Source of the DNA: Verrucomicrobiia bacterium
Lineage (GTDB): Bacteria; Verrucomicrobiota; Verrucomicrobiia; Limisphaerales; UBA11358
Direction: 5' to 3'
Assembly (NCBI GenBank): GCA_036490655.1
Contig: DASXDM010000001.1
Span: 1,866 to 65,865 of the forward strand
DNA length: 64,000 nucleotides
Translations under genes and position numbers: made by a program
Shown here: one piece after another, positions 9,458 through 18,313 of the stretch
Layout: each line of letters starts with the position of its first letter
How positions within the stretch are numbered: position 1 is the stretch's first letter
The notes under the pieces: generated by a model
Databases searched by the model: none
The model's input: only the letters and a program-made list of their open reading frames with translations
What the model was told of the DNA's origin: nothing

Positions 9458-10209
9458 CAATTTGAACCGGGTTTGTCCTCGCCGGCTGGTTTTGGTTTCA
9501 GCCGGTTGCATCGCTCAACGAACAGAAAATAAACGCCCGGCCCGAAACAAAGCAACATCACGGAAATCCCCGTGGCGATGCCCCAAAAGGTGCCGACCGG
9601 CGCGCAGCAATCGTCGCGGCGGCGGACAATGACATGGCTCGGCACAGCGACGATGAGTTCCAGGATGCTGCCGCGCAACAGCCAGCGCATGGCGCGTTTG
9701 AGCAGGGCATCAGGTGAATCGGATCCCGAATATTTGCGGAAAATCATCGCCCAGATGATCCAAACGAACAACGGCTCTAAAATGAATCCCGCGATTCCAG
9801 GCCCATTAGAACCATCCTGGTAACCCAATAATGCAGAGGGATCAAAATAATTAAAAATTCCAAAAGCGCCATCGGTAAAAATCGCGCACAGAATGGAAAA
9901 GATTCCGGCGAGAAAAAGGTTAGCCAGAAAAAAAGCGGTGACGATGATAGGGATTTTTAGTTTGCGGCGGGCGGGCAATCGTTTTTCGGCGATGTCGATA
10001 GGCACAAGCAGGAGCAAAGCCTGCCCCGCCAACAATACCGCCAGCCAAATCCAATAGCCCAAGCTGGAATAAATATCGAGAAGTGCTCTCCGGTCATCAT
10101 TATCGGGTTTCAAGCCCCAATTTGCGAAGGCGATGAAGAAGACCGGCGCAGTCAGGAATATAAGCGCGAGCGCATAAATAAGGACGGTGTAGATGGCCCA
10201 GCGTTTCAT
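9457..10209 (-). CDS. hypothetical polytopic membrane protein (about 6 TM, RRRDDCCAP motif)
   Basis: Multiple long hydrophobic segments. No family recognised. Confidence 0.5.
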   Translation of the reverse strand: MKRWAIYTVLIYALALIFLTAPVFFIAFANWGLKPDNDDRRALLDIYSSLGYWIWLAVLLAGQALLLLVPIDIAEKRLPARRKLKIPIIVTAFFLANLFLAGIFSILCAIFTDGAFGIFNYFDPSALLGYQDGSNGPGIAGFILEPLFVWIIWAMIFRKYSGSDSPDALLKRAMRWLLRGSILELIVAVPSHVIVRRRDDCCAPVGTFWGIATGISVMLLCFGPGVYFLFVERCNRLKPKPAGEDKPGSN

Positions 10210-10365
10210 GAATTTTTGGATTGAGCCAGATGCGATGGGGTCGCGCCAGTAAATTCGCGCCGCGCCAGTGGTGGGGCGCGCACAAAGTGCGCATCCGCTG
10301 TTGCCGATTCTTGCTCTTTTTGCGAATCCCGCTTGCCATTTTTTCTTTTCACCGGCAAATTCGTC

Positions 10366-11685
10366 ATGACGAACGCCACAACCAAAATGAACAAAGAGGC
10401 AAAATTAGAACTGGATGGGAAAAGCTACGTGCTCCCGGCGGTGGAAGGGAGTGAGGGCGAGAAGGCCGTGGACATTTCCACGTTACGTGCCACCACCGGC
10501 TACATCACCCTGGACGAAAGCTACGGCAACACCGGCTCCTGCCAGAGCAAGATCACTTTCATCGATGGCGAAAAAGGGATTCTCCGTTACCGCGGCATCC
10601 CCATCGAGGAGCTGGCCGAAAAATCCTCATTCGTGGAAGCTGCCTATCTGATCATTTATGGCAAGTTGCCGAACCGCGCGGACCTCCAGAAATTTTCCGA
10701 TCTTTTCACGGAGCACCAGTTTTTGCATGAGGACATGAAGTATCAATTTGAGAGTTTTCCCCTGGGCGCGCATCCCATGGCCATCCTCTCGGCGATGATC
10801 AACGCCGCCAGTTGTTTTGACGAAGGCCTGATGCATTGGCAGTGGGGGCAGGCGAACAGCCAATTTGAAAATTATACGGCCAAGCTGATGGCGCAGGTGC
10901 GCACCATTGCGGCGTACGCCTATCGCAAATCACGCGGCCTGCCATTTGTTTATCCCAAGAAATCCTACAAATACACCTCGAACTTTTTGCACATGATGTT
11001 TTCGTCGCCTAATGAGGATTACGAAATCAAGCCCGAGGTCGTCCGCGCCCTGGACCTGATCTTCCTGTTGCATGCGGACCATGAGCAGAATTGTTCCACC
11101 TCCACCGTGCGCATGGTGGCCTCCAGCCAGGCGAACCTGTTTGCCAGTTGTTCGGCGGGCGTCTGCGCGTTGTGGGGGCCGTTGCACGGCGGCGCCAACC
11201 AGGCGGTCCTCGAAATGCTCGACGAGATCCATCGTACCGGCGACGACGGCTCCAAATTCATCGCCGCCGCCAAGGACAAGAACAGCGGCAAGAAATTGAT
11301 GGGCTTCGGCCATCGCGTCTATAAAAACCACGATCCGCGCGCCAAGATCATCAAAAAATCCTGCGACGAAATTTTGGGGAAATTACACTTCAATGATCCG
11401 CTGTTGGACATCGCCAAACATCTCGAGGAGGCCGCGCTGAAGGATCCTTATTTCGTGGAGCGAAAATTATATCCCAATGTGGATTTCTATAGCGGCATCA
11501 TCATGCGCGCGATCGGCATCCCCGTGCAGATGTTCCCGGTGATCTTTGCGATCGGCCGCATGCCGGGCTGGATCGCCAATTACAAGGAGATCATGGAAGA
11601 GCCCAAGAGCCGCATCTGCCGGCCGCGCCAGGTTTATACCGGGCCGACGCTCAACCATTACGTTCCCCTGGAAGAAAGAAAGTAA
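10366..11685 (+). CDS. gltA: citrate synthase
   Basis: GFGHRVYKNHDPRA signature and LLHADHEQNCSTS. The ATG at 10366 is preferred over the TTG at 10333. Confidence 0.92.
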   Translation: MTNATTKMNKEAKLELDGKSYVLPAVEGSEGEKAVDISTLRATTGYITLDESYGNTGSCQSKITFIDGEKGILRYRGIPIEELAEKSSFVEAAYLIIYGKLPNRADLQKFSDLFTEHQFLHEDMKYQFESFPLGAHPMAILSAMINAASCFDEGLMHWQWGQANSQFENYTAKLMAQVRTIAAYAYRKSRGLPFVYPKKSYKYTSNFLHMMFSSPNEDYEIKPEVVRALDLIFLLHADHEQNCSTSTVRMVASSQANLFASCSAGVCALWGPLHGGANQAVLEMLDEIHRTGDDGSKFIAAAKDKNSGKKLMGFGHRVYKNHDPRAKIIKKSCDEILGKLHFNDPLLDIAKHLEEAALKDPYFVERKLYPNVDFYSGIIMRAIGIPVQMFPVIFAIGRMPGWIANYKEIMEEPKSRICRPRQVYTGPTLNHYVPLEERK

Positions 11686-11787
11686 ATTTTTGCGAAACCG
11701 CCGCTGTCCGGCGGATGATTACATTTCGCGACATCGAATTACGTTTTGCAAAAGGGTATATATGTGCTTTAATAGGATGTTCCCGGT

Positions 11788-12888
11788 ATGAAAAGAATTC
11801 TCGTCATCGACGATGAAGAGTGGTTGCGTGAAATGATCCAACTGGCTCTCCGTCAAAAGGGTTTCGATGTGATCGAAGCTTCCAACGGCACGGACGGGAT
11901 TGAAACCGCCCGCAAGGAATTGCCCGACCTGATCCTCTGCGACATCAACATGGGCAAAGTGGACGGGTACCTGACCCTCTCGGCCCTGCGCAACGAGGCT
12001 CCCACCGCCGCCATTCCGTTTATCCTGATGACCGGGCTGGCCGACAGCGCCAGCATGAGGCATGGCATGGAATTGGGCGCGGATGATTATCTGCCCAAGC
12101 CGTTCACCACGGATGCCTTGTATGCCGCCGTGGATGCGCGCTTGAAAAAAGCGCAGACCATCCGCGACGAAGCCGAGCGCAAACTCGCGCATCTGCGCGA
12201 TAACATCAGCCTGATGATGCCGCACGAGATGCGCACGCCCCTCAACGGCATCCTGTCCAACGCCGAACTGCTCGCCCATTCGGCCGGCACGCTCAAGCCG
12301 GCGGAGATCGCCGAGATGGGCGAGGAGATCCATAAATCAAGCCAGCGCCTTGAACGCCTCATCGAGAACTTCCTGATCTACGCGCAATTGGAATTGATCG
12401 CCGCCGATCCCAAAAACGTCAATGCCTTGCGTGTGGGACAGACGATCCATCCCATCGAGCTGATCAAGAAACAAGGCGCGATGCAGGCCGCTCATTTTGA
12501 CCGGGCGCGCGACCTGACTTTTGAAGTGGCGGATGTCGCCGTCCCAATGGCTGAGGAATACCTCGGCAAGATCGTGGATGAATTGACGCTGAACGCCTTC
12601 AAATTTTCCGACGCCGGCACGCCGGTGCGGGTCACGCTTGCCGAAGCTTTTAATGCTGTCACCCTGTCCGTGAGCGACCAGGGCCGTGGATTTTCTCCCG
12701 AGCAGACCACGCGCATCGGCGCTTACATGCAGTTCGACCGCAAGATGCACGAGCAGCAGGGGCTGGGACTGGGATTGACCATCGCCAAACGTCTTATCGA
12801 ATTACACGGCGGCACGATTTCCATCACGAGCGAAAAAGAAGTCGGCTCGGTCATTTCAGCTAAATTTCCGAAGAACAAGCCAGACTGA
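11788..12888 (+). CDS. hybrid response-regulator receiver / histidine kinase
   Basis: N-terminal receiver (ILVIDDE...DLILCDINM...KPF). H-box HEMRTPLNGI. ATPase boxes DQGRGF and GLGLGLTIAKRL. Confidence 0.85.
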   Translation: MKRILVIDDEEWLREMIQLALRQKGFDVIEASNGTDGIETARKELPDLILCDINMGKVDGYLTLSALRNEAPTAAIPFILMTGLADSASMRHGMELGADDYLPKPFTTDALYAAVDARLKKAQTIRDEAERKLAHLRDNISLMMPHEMRTPLNGILSNAELLAHSAGTLKPAEIAEMGEEIHKSSQRLERLIENFLIYAQLELIAADPKNVNALRVGQTIHPIELIKKQGAMQAAHFDRARDLTFEVADVAVPMAEEYLGKIVDELTLNAFKFSDAGTPVRVTLAEAFNAVTLSVSDQGRGFSPEQTTRIGAYMQFDRKMHEQQGLGLGLTIAKRLIELHGGTISITSEKEVGSVISAKFPKNKPD

Positions 12889-12890
12889 AG

Positions 12891-13721
12891 TCACATCGCC
12901 GCCCGTCCGTGGAGAAAAAACAAAAGACGTTCGGCCATTCCCGCCAGCAGCAATACCAGAACGATGCCCACGACCGGCGCAAAATCTGCCCTGCCGGCGC
13001 GTAACGGGATGGATTTAAGCGGGGAGAGCAGTGTTTGCGCCTCGGCATTCACATAATTCCAGAACGGTTGTTTGCCGAAATAGATATAGCTGTTCAGCAG
13101 GTAGAGCACCAGGAGGAGCACGGCGACGACTTTCCAGGCCAGGTATGCCGCCAATCCCATCACCAGCGATTCCTCCAGGCGATGAAGGGCGGAAATCTGA
13201 TTGGGGATGACGGCCAACCAGGCCAGCAACCAACTGGCTACCCACCACAAAACCGCCGTGGCGATGAACGGCAACAGGATCTTTGTCCTGCGCCCCAGGC
13301 GGTCCAGCGCGCCCAATTGGGTGCGGACAAAATTATTGAAAGGCGGCGGCCCGTTCAAAAGGGAAAGCAACAACAGCCAAAGATGAAAGATCCAAAGGGT
13401 CTCGATGAAGCTAAAGACCGAGAAGAAAAACATCTGCCAAAAATATGTGCTGCGAAAGAAAAGTTCCGTGACGCCCAGGTCCAGCTTCGCCGACCACCAG
13501 TTGGCCGCCGAGCCGATCTGCCAGTAGAGCAGCGCCCGAAACAGGATCAATCCGGCGATCACGGCGGGAATTTGCCAGCGGCGGGAGTTGCTGTCTGCGC
13601 GGCGAAGCGTGCCGATGAGCGTGGCCGGCCGGCGTTTGCCAACCGGATCGGCTTTTTCCGCGCGCCAATTCAGCCACAACAAAAGCCCGGCAAGGTTCAG
13701 GATGAAATCAACGATGCCCAT
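12891..13721 (-). CDS. polytopic membrane protein, possibly YggT-like
   Basis: Six or more hydrophobic helices. The C-terminal LSPLKSIPLRAGRADFAPVVG resembles the YggT loop motif. The assignment is weak. Confidence 0.35.
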   Translation of the reverse strand: MGIVDFILNLAGLLLWLNWRAEKADPVGKRRPATLIGTLRRADSNSRRWQIPAVIAGLILFRALLYWQIGSAANWWSAKLDLGVTELFFRSTYFWQMFFFSVFSFIETLWIFHLWLLLLSLLNGPPPFNNFVRTQLGALDRLGRRTKILLPFIATAVLWWVASWLLAWLAVIPNQISALHRLEESLVMGLAAYLAWKVVAVLLLVLYLLNSYIYFGKQPFWNYVNAEAQTLLSPLKSIPLRAGRADFAPVVGIVLVLLLAGMAERLLFFLHGRAAM

Positions 13722-13799
13722 GTGTGGAGTGATGGGTGATGAGGGGTGAGTGACAAGTTCTCATTCGCTGATCACTTCACATATCACAAATCACCGGGT

Positions 13800-14702
13800 T
13801 CACACCATCCTCAAAAGCGTTTCGGCCATTTCGCTGGGGGTGGGGGCGACCCCGATGCCCGCATCTTTGAACGCCGCGATCTTGGCCGCGGCCGTTCCCA
13901 TGCCGCCGCTGACGATCGCGCCGGCATGGCCCATTCGCCGTCCGGGCGGCGCCGTGGCGCCTGCGATGAACCCGGCGATCGGCTTGCGACAATTCTTTTT
14001 GATCCAGGCGGCCGCTTCTTCTTCCGCGCTGCCGCCGATTTCGCCGATCATAATGATCGCATGCGTGTCCGGGTCCTCATTGAAAAGTTTTATCACGTCG
14101 AGATGCGACATGCCGGGGACCGGATCGCCGCCGATGCCCACGCAGGTGCTCTGGCCCACGCCGCGGGAGGTCAATTGCCAGACCGCCTCATAGGTGAGCG
14201 TGCCGCTGCGCGAGACCACGCCGACGTGGCCTTTTTTATGGATGTAACCCGGTGAGATGCCGATGCGGCAGCCGCCGTGGGAATCCTTTCCATCGCCCGG
14301 CGTGACGAGGCCGGGACAATTCGGGCCGATGAGACGCGTCCGCGTGTTGCCAGTCATTGCGCGCTTCACCTGGATCATATCGCGCGCGGGAATTCCCTCC
14401 GTGATACAAACGACGACTTCCAGGCCGGCGTCCACGCCTTCGAGGACGGCATCGGCGGCGAAGGGCGCGGGAACAAAGATGGCGCTCGCAGTGGCGCCGG
14501 TCTCTTTTACGGCATCGGCCACCGTGTCAAAAACCGGAACGCGTTTGCCGCCATGTTCAAAAAATTGGCCACCTTTGCCGGGCGTAACGCCCGCGACAAT
14601 CTGCGAGCCGTAATCGATGGAAAGCTGCGCGTGCCGCGCGCCAAAACTTCCGGTGATGCCCTGGACAAGGACTTTGGTATTGGGTTTTACAAGGATGGAC
14701 AT
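13800..14702 (-). CDS. sucD: succinate--CoA ligase subunit alpha
   Basis: VQGITGSFG CoA-binding fold and the phosphohistidine loop [12 protein letters not shown]. Confidence 0.92.
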   Translation of the reverse strand: MSILVKPNTKVLVQGITGSFGARHAQLSIDYGSQIVAGVTPGKGGQFFEHGGKRVPVFDTVADAVKETGATASAIFVPAPFAADAVLEGVDAGLEVVVCITEGIPARDMIQVKRAMTGNTRTRLIGPNCPGLVTPGDGKDSHGGCRIGISPGYIHKKGHVGVVSRSGTLTYEAVWQLTSRGVGQSTCVGIGGDPVPGMSHLDVIKLFNEDPDTHAIIMIGEIGGSAEEEAAAWIKKNCRKPIAGFIAGATAPPGRRMGHAGAIVSGGMGTAAAKIAAFKDAGIGVAPTPSEMAETLLRMV

Positions 14703-14753
14703 GCTAAAAATTTATAGTTTATGAATTGCCTGGGTAGTAGGGCGCGACACATT

Positions 14754-15110
14754 TCATTTCTTGCGCTTATGGATAAGGATGCGATTTCCGTCCGGGTCGC
14801 AGATGATGGCGAAGGTGCAAATGGGCGTGGGCGTGCCCTCCATGACAAATTTTACGCCCTTGGATTTCAAACGCGAAATTTCCGCTTCCAGGTCGTCCGC
14901 TTCAAACGCGATGCAGGTGCCATCCGGGGAGGGCTTCCAGACTTCGCCGTAGCAACCGATGCCCAAAGTGCCGCCGTTGAGTTCGTATTCCACCCACATG
15001 CCGCCGGCGGATTCCATCGTTGGCTTCAATCCCAGCACGCCTTCATAGAAGGCGCGGGCGCGTTTCATGTCCGTGACCGGTGTGCCGGTGAAGGCGATCT
15101 CAGAAATCAT
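14754..15110 (-). CDS. VOC (glyoxalase/bleomycin-resistance fold) family protein
   Basis: 118 aa. ARAFYEGVLGL near the N-terminus and DPDGNRILIH near the C-terminus are typical of VOC proteins. Confidence 0.7.
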   Translation of the reverse strand: MISEIAFTGTPVTDMKRARAFYEGVLGLKPTMESAGGMWVEYELNGGTLGIGCYGEVWKPSPDGTCIAFEADDLEAEISRLKSKGVKFVMEGTPTPICTFAIICDPDGNRILIHKRKK

Positions 15111-15258
15111 CCGAAGTGTTTAAGTTTAAATCAGCTAAAACTCAACTCTTTTCGGAATGTTCCCTGATTGATGACGGGGCGAAGGAACTCGCAAGGCGCC
15201 TTTCCAATGGCAGGACGCGCACTCTGTGCGCACCGCCATGAAAGGCAAACCTGGGGCA

Positions 15259-15903
15259 TCAATTCGGGGAAATGACGTGGTACGTGCCGTCGGAATTTAT
15301 CTCCACGCCCAGGCCGGCGTAGATGCTGTCGGCGGAAACTGCCCGGGAAGGATTCATTTTTAAATTTTCCATCTGCTGCTGCACGTCCAGATAGTTGTTG
15401 AATTTTCGTTCCGCCACCACCCGCTCCGCCACGTCCCGGCGAAAACGATTTTCCAGGAGAGAATAATTTGTATTCGCCTGGTTGAGGCCCGCTTGCATCG
15501 AAGCCAGTTGGCCAGTGAGACCGGCTACCTGGTTGGTCAAGCCGGCGATCTGTTGCCCCAGCGTTTGGCTCAACATTTCATTTTCCGATTTTGCCCCGGC
15601 GATCTGCCCGGTCAGGTTGGTGATCTGTTCCGCGTCCACCGTAATGGTGGATTGCGCGTCATTCAGTTGATTCGAAAATGTCGTCGACGTCGATTGGCTT
15701 TGGGCAAGATTGTTAGAGAAGACGGCGAGCGATCCTTCGTCGATGGCAATTTGGGTCTTGGCCGAGTCCAATTGATTGGAAAAATCGGTGATGGCGCCGG
15801 TATCGGTTTGATGCTGCGTGTTGTCCTGCGATTTTATCACGACGACGGCGATAATAAGTCCCACGCAGACCAATCCGAAGCCAATGGATAAATACTGTTT
15901 CAT
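15259..15903 (-). CDS. membrane-anchored coiled-coil protein
   Basis: ATG at 15903 (MKQYLSIGFGLVCVGLIIAVVVI) followed by Q/N/L-rich heptad-like sequence. The upstream extension of the ORF overlaps a palindromic repeat. Confidence 0.5.
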   Translation of the reverse strand: MKQYLSIGFGLVCVGLIIAVVVIKSQDNTQHQTDTGAITDFSNQLDSAKTQIAIDEGSLAVFSNNLAQSQSTSTTFSNQLNDAQSTITVDAEQITNLTGQIAGAKSENEMLSQTLGQQIAGLTNQVAGLTGQLASMQAGLNQANTNYSLLENRFRRDVAERVVAERKFNNYLDVQQQMENLKMNPSRAVSADSIYAGLGVEINSDGTYHVISPN

Positions 15904-15965
15904 CCAGCTAGGATTTTTTATCACGGCAATTTTATCAAGCACTTGTCTGTTACGAATTGATGACG

Positions 15966-16203
15966 AAGCCCCCCCCGGTTTACCGGAAACCGCAAAAGCC
16001 CGGAAGCTGTTCTCACGCAAAGAGCGCCAAGGCCGCAAAGGTGCTTTTGAAAGTGAAGGGGTCAAGAAACACCCCAAAAAAGTGCGCGCACTTTCCCGGG
16101 AATTTTTTAAAATCTCTTTGCGGCCTTGGCGCGCTTTCCGTGAGGTTTGCTTTACCTGAATCGTTCCGGTTAAAAGACAGAAGGTTGGGATGAGGGGGGG
16201 CTT
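15966..16203. repeat. imperfect palindromic element of about 240 bp (MITE/REP-like)
   Basis: The termini are aagcccccccc (15966-15976) and gggggggctt (16194-16203). The inner arms 16012-16041 and 16115-16144 match as inverted repeats at 27/30 positions. Confidence 0.65.
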
Positions 16204-16453
16204 TAAAAAAACTTCATTTCAAATCCAATTTTTTAACATTCGTGAGGGGTGCGAAAAATTGAATTCAGTGAAACGACCTCCTCACCCCGGTCCTCCAGAA
16301 GAGGGGGAAAAGTTTGGCGCTTTATTTGAAGTATGGTGCGTGGAATCTGCCCGGGATCTGATAATAACGTGTGTATAAATCCAAAAAATATTTATTAACA
16401 TTACGTGCAATTATTGGCGAATTAGGAAAACGTGCTTGTGAATGGATGTGGAT

Positions 16454-16498
16454 AATTGTTAAGAACCTGTCATCAACAATTAATAACTCAAGTTTGAT
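16454..16498 (+). repeat. 45-bp direct repeat, copy A
   Basis: aattgttaagaacctgtcatcaacaattaataactcaagtttgat. It matches copy B at 40/45 positions, 311 bp away. A perfect DnaA-box 9-mer, tgtggataa, overlaps its 5' end at 16447-16455. Confidence 0.8.
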
Positions 16499-16585
16499 AA
16501 AGAGCCATGTTTGCTGTTTAGTGGACGTACTTTAAAAAGTTGGGTAGTAAAAGAATTTCCCCGCTTGGGCAACAAGTGGGGAACT

Positions 16586-16677
16586 TGGAGCGCAGCACGA
16601 ATGGATCGTGCGCCGCTGTTCTAATTCTCTTTTCGGAGATTACGGCGGAGATGGTGGTTCAAATCCACCCGCTCCAA
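16586..16677 (+). tRNA. tRNA-like gene with interrupted anticodon arm (Arg-UCU-like if 19 nt are removed); possibly a pseudogene
   Basis: 7-bp acceptor (16586-16592 with 16670-16676). D-arm gcac/gtgc with a GG loop. T-arm ggtgg-ttcaaat-ccacc. Anticodon stem ccgct/ggcgg with loop gttctaa, then a 19-nt insert (16625-16643). Atypical features are U1-A72, C8 and no encoded CCA. Confidence 0.35.
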
Positions 16678-16764
16678 TTAAATTCGTTATTAGCCTACAA
16701 TCTTCTTGTTGAAAAACAATTCTCAACTCAAATATTTTTTCTAAAAAAAGATTTGAATTGTGAC

Positions 16765-16809
16765 AATTGTTAAGAACCTGTCAGCAAGAATTAACAACTC
16801 AAAATTGAT
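16765..16809 (+). repeat. 45-bp direct repeat, copy B
   Basis: aattgttaagaacctgtcagcaagaattaacaactcaaaattgat. It lies immediately upstream of the dnaB start candidates at 16808 and 16841. Confidence 0.8.
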
Positions 16810-16840
16810 GGGTGGAACGTATTTAAGATTTCATTGTGCC

Positions 16841-18310
16841 ATGATCGATTCAGTTTCCGATGTCTCCGGCGCAAGCCCTGACTTGAAAAAGGCGCGGCGC
16901 CAAAAATCCGCCTCACGCAATCCGCAGGCCAGCATCGACCGGTTGCCGCCGCACGCGCCCGAGGCAGAGCAGGGGGTATTGGGCTGCTGCCTGGTCTCGC
17001 CCAATGATTGTGTCGGCCAATGCATCGAGAAATTAAAGGATGACGGACGGGAGGCATTTTACGATCTGCGCCACCAGACGATCTACGAAACGCTCTCGGA
17101 GATGTTCAACGTGCGCGACCCGATCGATGTCATCACCGTCCAACAGCGGCTCAAAGACAAACAGCTCCTCGAGCAGGTCGGCGGCATCGCTTATCTGTCC
17201 CAGCTCCAGGACGCCGTGCCCAGCGCCGCGAACCTTTCGTATTACCTCGACATCGTCCGTGAAAAATTTTTGCTCCGCAAAATGATCCAGACCTGCACGG
17301 ACGTGGTCGGGCGGGTGTATGATTATGAGGGGGAAGTCGACGCGCTTCTGGATGAGGTCGAACGCGACGTGCTGCGCATCTCCGAATCGCGCGCACAAGA
17401 TGCCGCGATGACGACCAAGGACCTCGTCAACAAGGCGATCAGTACCATCGAAAATTTTTTCAGCCGCAAGGGAATGCTCACGGGGCTGGCCACGGGCTAC
17501 ACGGACCTTGACCGGATGACCGATGGTTTTCATGCCGCCGAGATGATCGTCATCGCCGCGCGGCCGAGCATGGGCAAGACGTCGCTGGCGATGAACATCG
17601 TGGAGCACGTGGTGCTGGAGGACAAATTGCCGGTGGGCGTGTTCAGCCTGGAAATGTCCGCGGAATCGCTCGTGTTGCGCCTGATGTGCTCGATCGCCCG
17701 CGTCAATCTCCGGTCGATCCGCGAAGGTTTCATGAGCGAATCGGACTTCCCCAAATTGACCAGCGCCGCCGGCAAGCTCGCGAACGCCAAATTGTTCATC
17801 GACGACACCCCGGCCCTTTCCATCCTGCAATTGCGGGCGCGGGCGCGCCGTTTGTCGCAACAGCATGACATCAAACTTTTTGTGATTGATTATTTGCAGC
17901 TTTTGCATTCTACTGCCCGCCGAGCACAGGAAAACCGGCAGCAGGAAATTTCTGATATCTCCAGCGGCATCAAGGCGCTGGCGAAAGAATTGAAAGTGCC
18001 GGTGCTGGTGCTCTCGCAGTTGAACCGCGAGCTGGAAAAAGACAAGAGCCGCAAGCCGCGGTTGAGCGACTTGCGTGAGTCCGGCGCGATTGAACAGGAT
18101 GCCGACCTGGTGGGTCTGCTCTATAAACCAAGTTCGGGCGACGACGACGACATCAACGCGGAAGAGGCCGACGGTGTGCCGGTGAATCTGTTGATCGCCA
18201 AGCAACGTAACGGACCCACGGGCGATGTTAATTTGACGTTCTTAAAATCTTATACTCGATTTGAAAGCGCAGCCAAAGTCAGCGACGAAGACATACCGGA
18301 AAGCCGATAG
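16841..18310 (+). CDS. dnaB: replicative DNA helicase
   Basis: N-terminal PPHAPEAEQGVLGCCL, Walker A ARPSMGKTSLAMN, and FVIDYLQLL. The ATG at 16841 (or 16808) is preferred over the ORF-track start at 16760, which lies inside repeat copy B. Confidence 0.9.
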   Translation: MIDSVSDVSGASPDLKKARRQKSASRNPQASIDRLPPHAPEAEQGVLGCCLVSPNDCVGQCIEKLKDDGREAFYDLRHQTIYETLSEMFNVRDPIDVITVQQRLKDKQLLEQVGGIAYLSQLQDAVPSAANLSYYLDIVREKFLLRKMIQTCTDVVGRVYDYEGEVDALLDEVERDVLRISESRAQDAAMTTKDLVNKAISTIENFFSRKGMLTGLATGYTDLDRMTDGFHAAEMIVIAARPSMGKTSLAMNIVEHVVLEDKLPVGVFSLEMSAESLVLRLMCSIARVNLRSIREGFMSESDFPKLTSAAGKLANAKLFIDDTPALSILQLRARARRLSQQHDIKLFVIDYLQLLHSTARRAQENRQQEISDISSGIKALAKELKVPVLVLSQLNRELEKDKSRKPRLSDLRESGAIEQDADLVGLLYKPSSGDDDDINAEEADGVPVNLLIAKQRNGPTGDVNLTFLKSYTRFESAAKVSDEDIPESR

Positions 18311-18313
18311 ACG

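Noticed and set aside
13800-14702. sucD without an adjacent sucC as an anomaly
   Set aside because: This is a real observation: only 51 nt separate sucD from the upstream VOC gene. However, sucC may simply lie elsewhere in the genome, and that cannot be evaluated from this window.
16586-16677. Interpretation of the tRNA-like element as tRNA-Sec or as part of a tmRNA
   Set aside because: An 8-bp acceptor and a 6-bp D-stem can be drawn, which is reminiscent of tRNA-Sec. However, there is no UCA anticodon and no separate variable arm. The 5' and 3' acceptor strands are only about 85 nt apart and no tag-ORF or pseudoknot region is present, so it is not a tmRNA.
16540-16773. 77-aa ORF across the AT-rich gap upstream of dnaB
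   Set aside because: It runs straight through the tRNA-like element and into repeat copy B. It has no recognisable motifs, and the region's AT-rich composition fits non-coding DNA.
16370-16809. Calling this region the chromosomal origin (oriC)
   Set aside because: There is only one perfect DnaA box and one 8/9 match. No dnaA or dnaN gene is in the window, and GC skew cannot be judged from 64 kb. It is kept only as one hypothesis within a finding.
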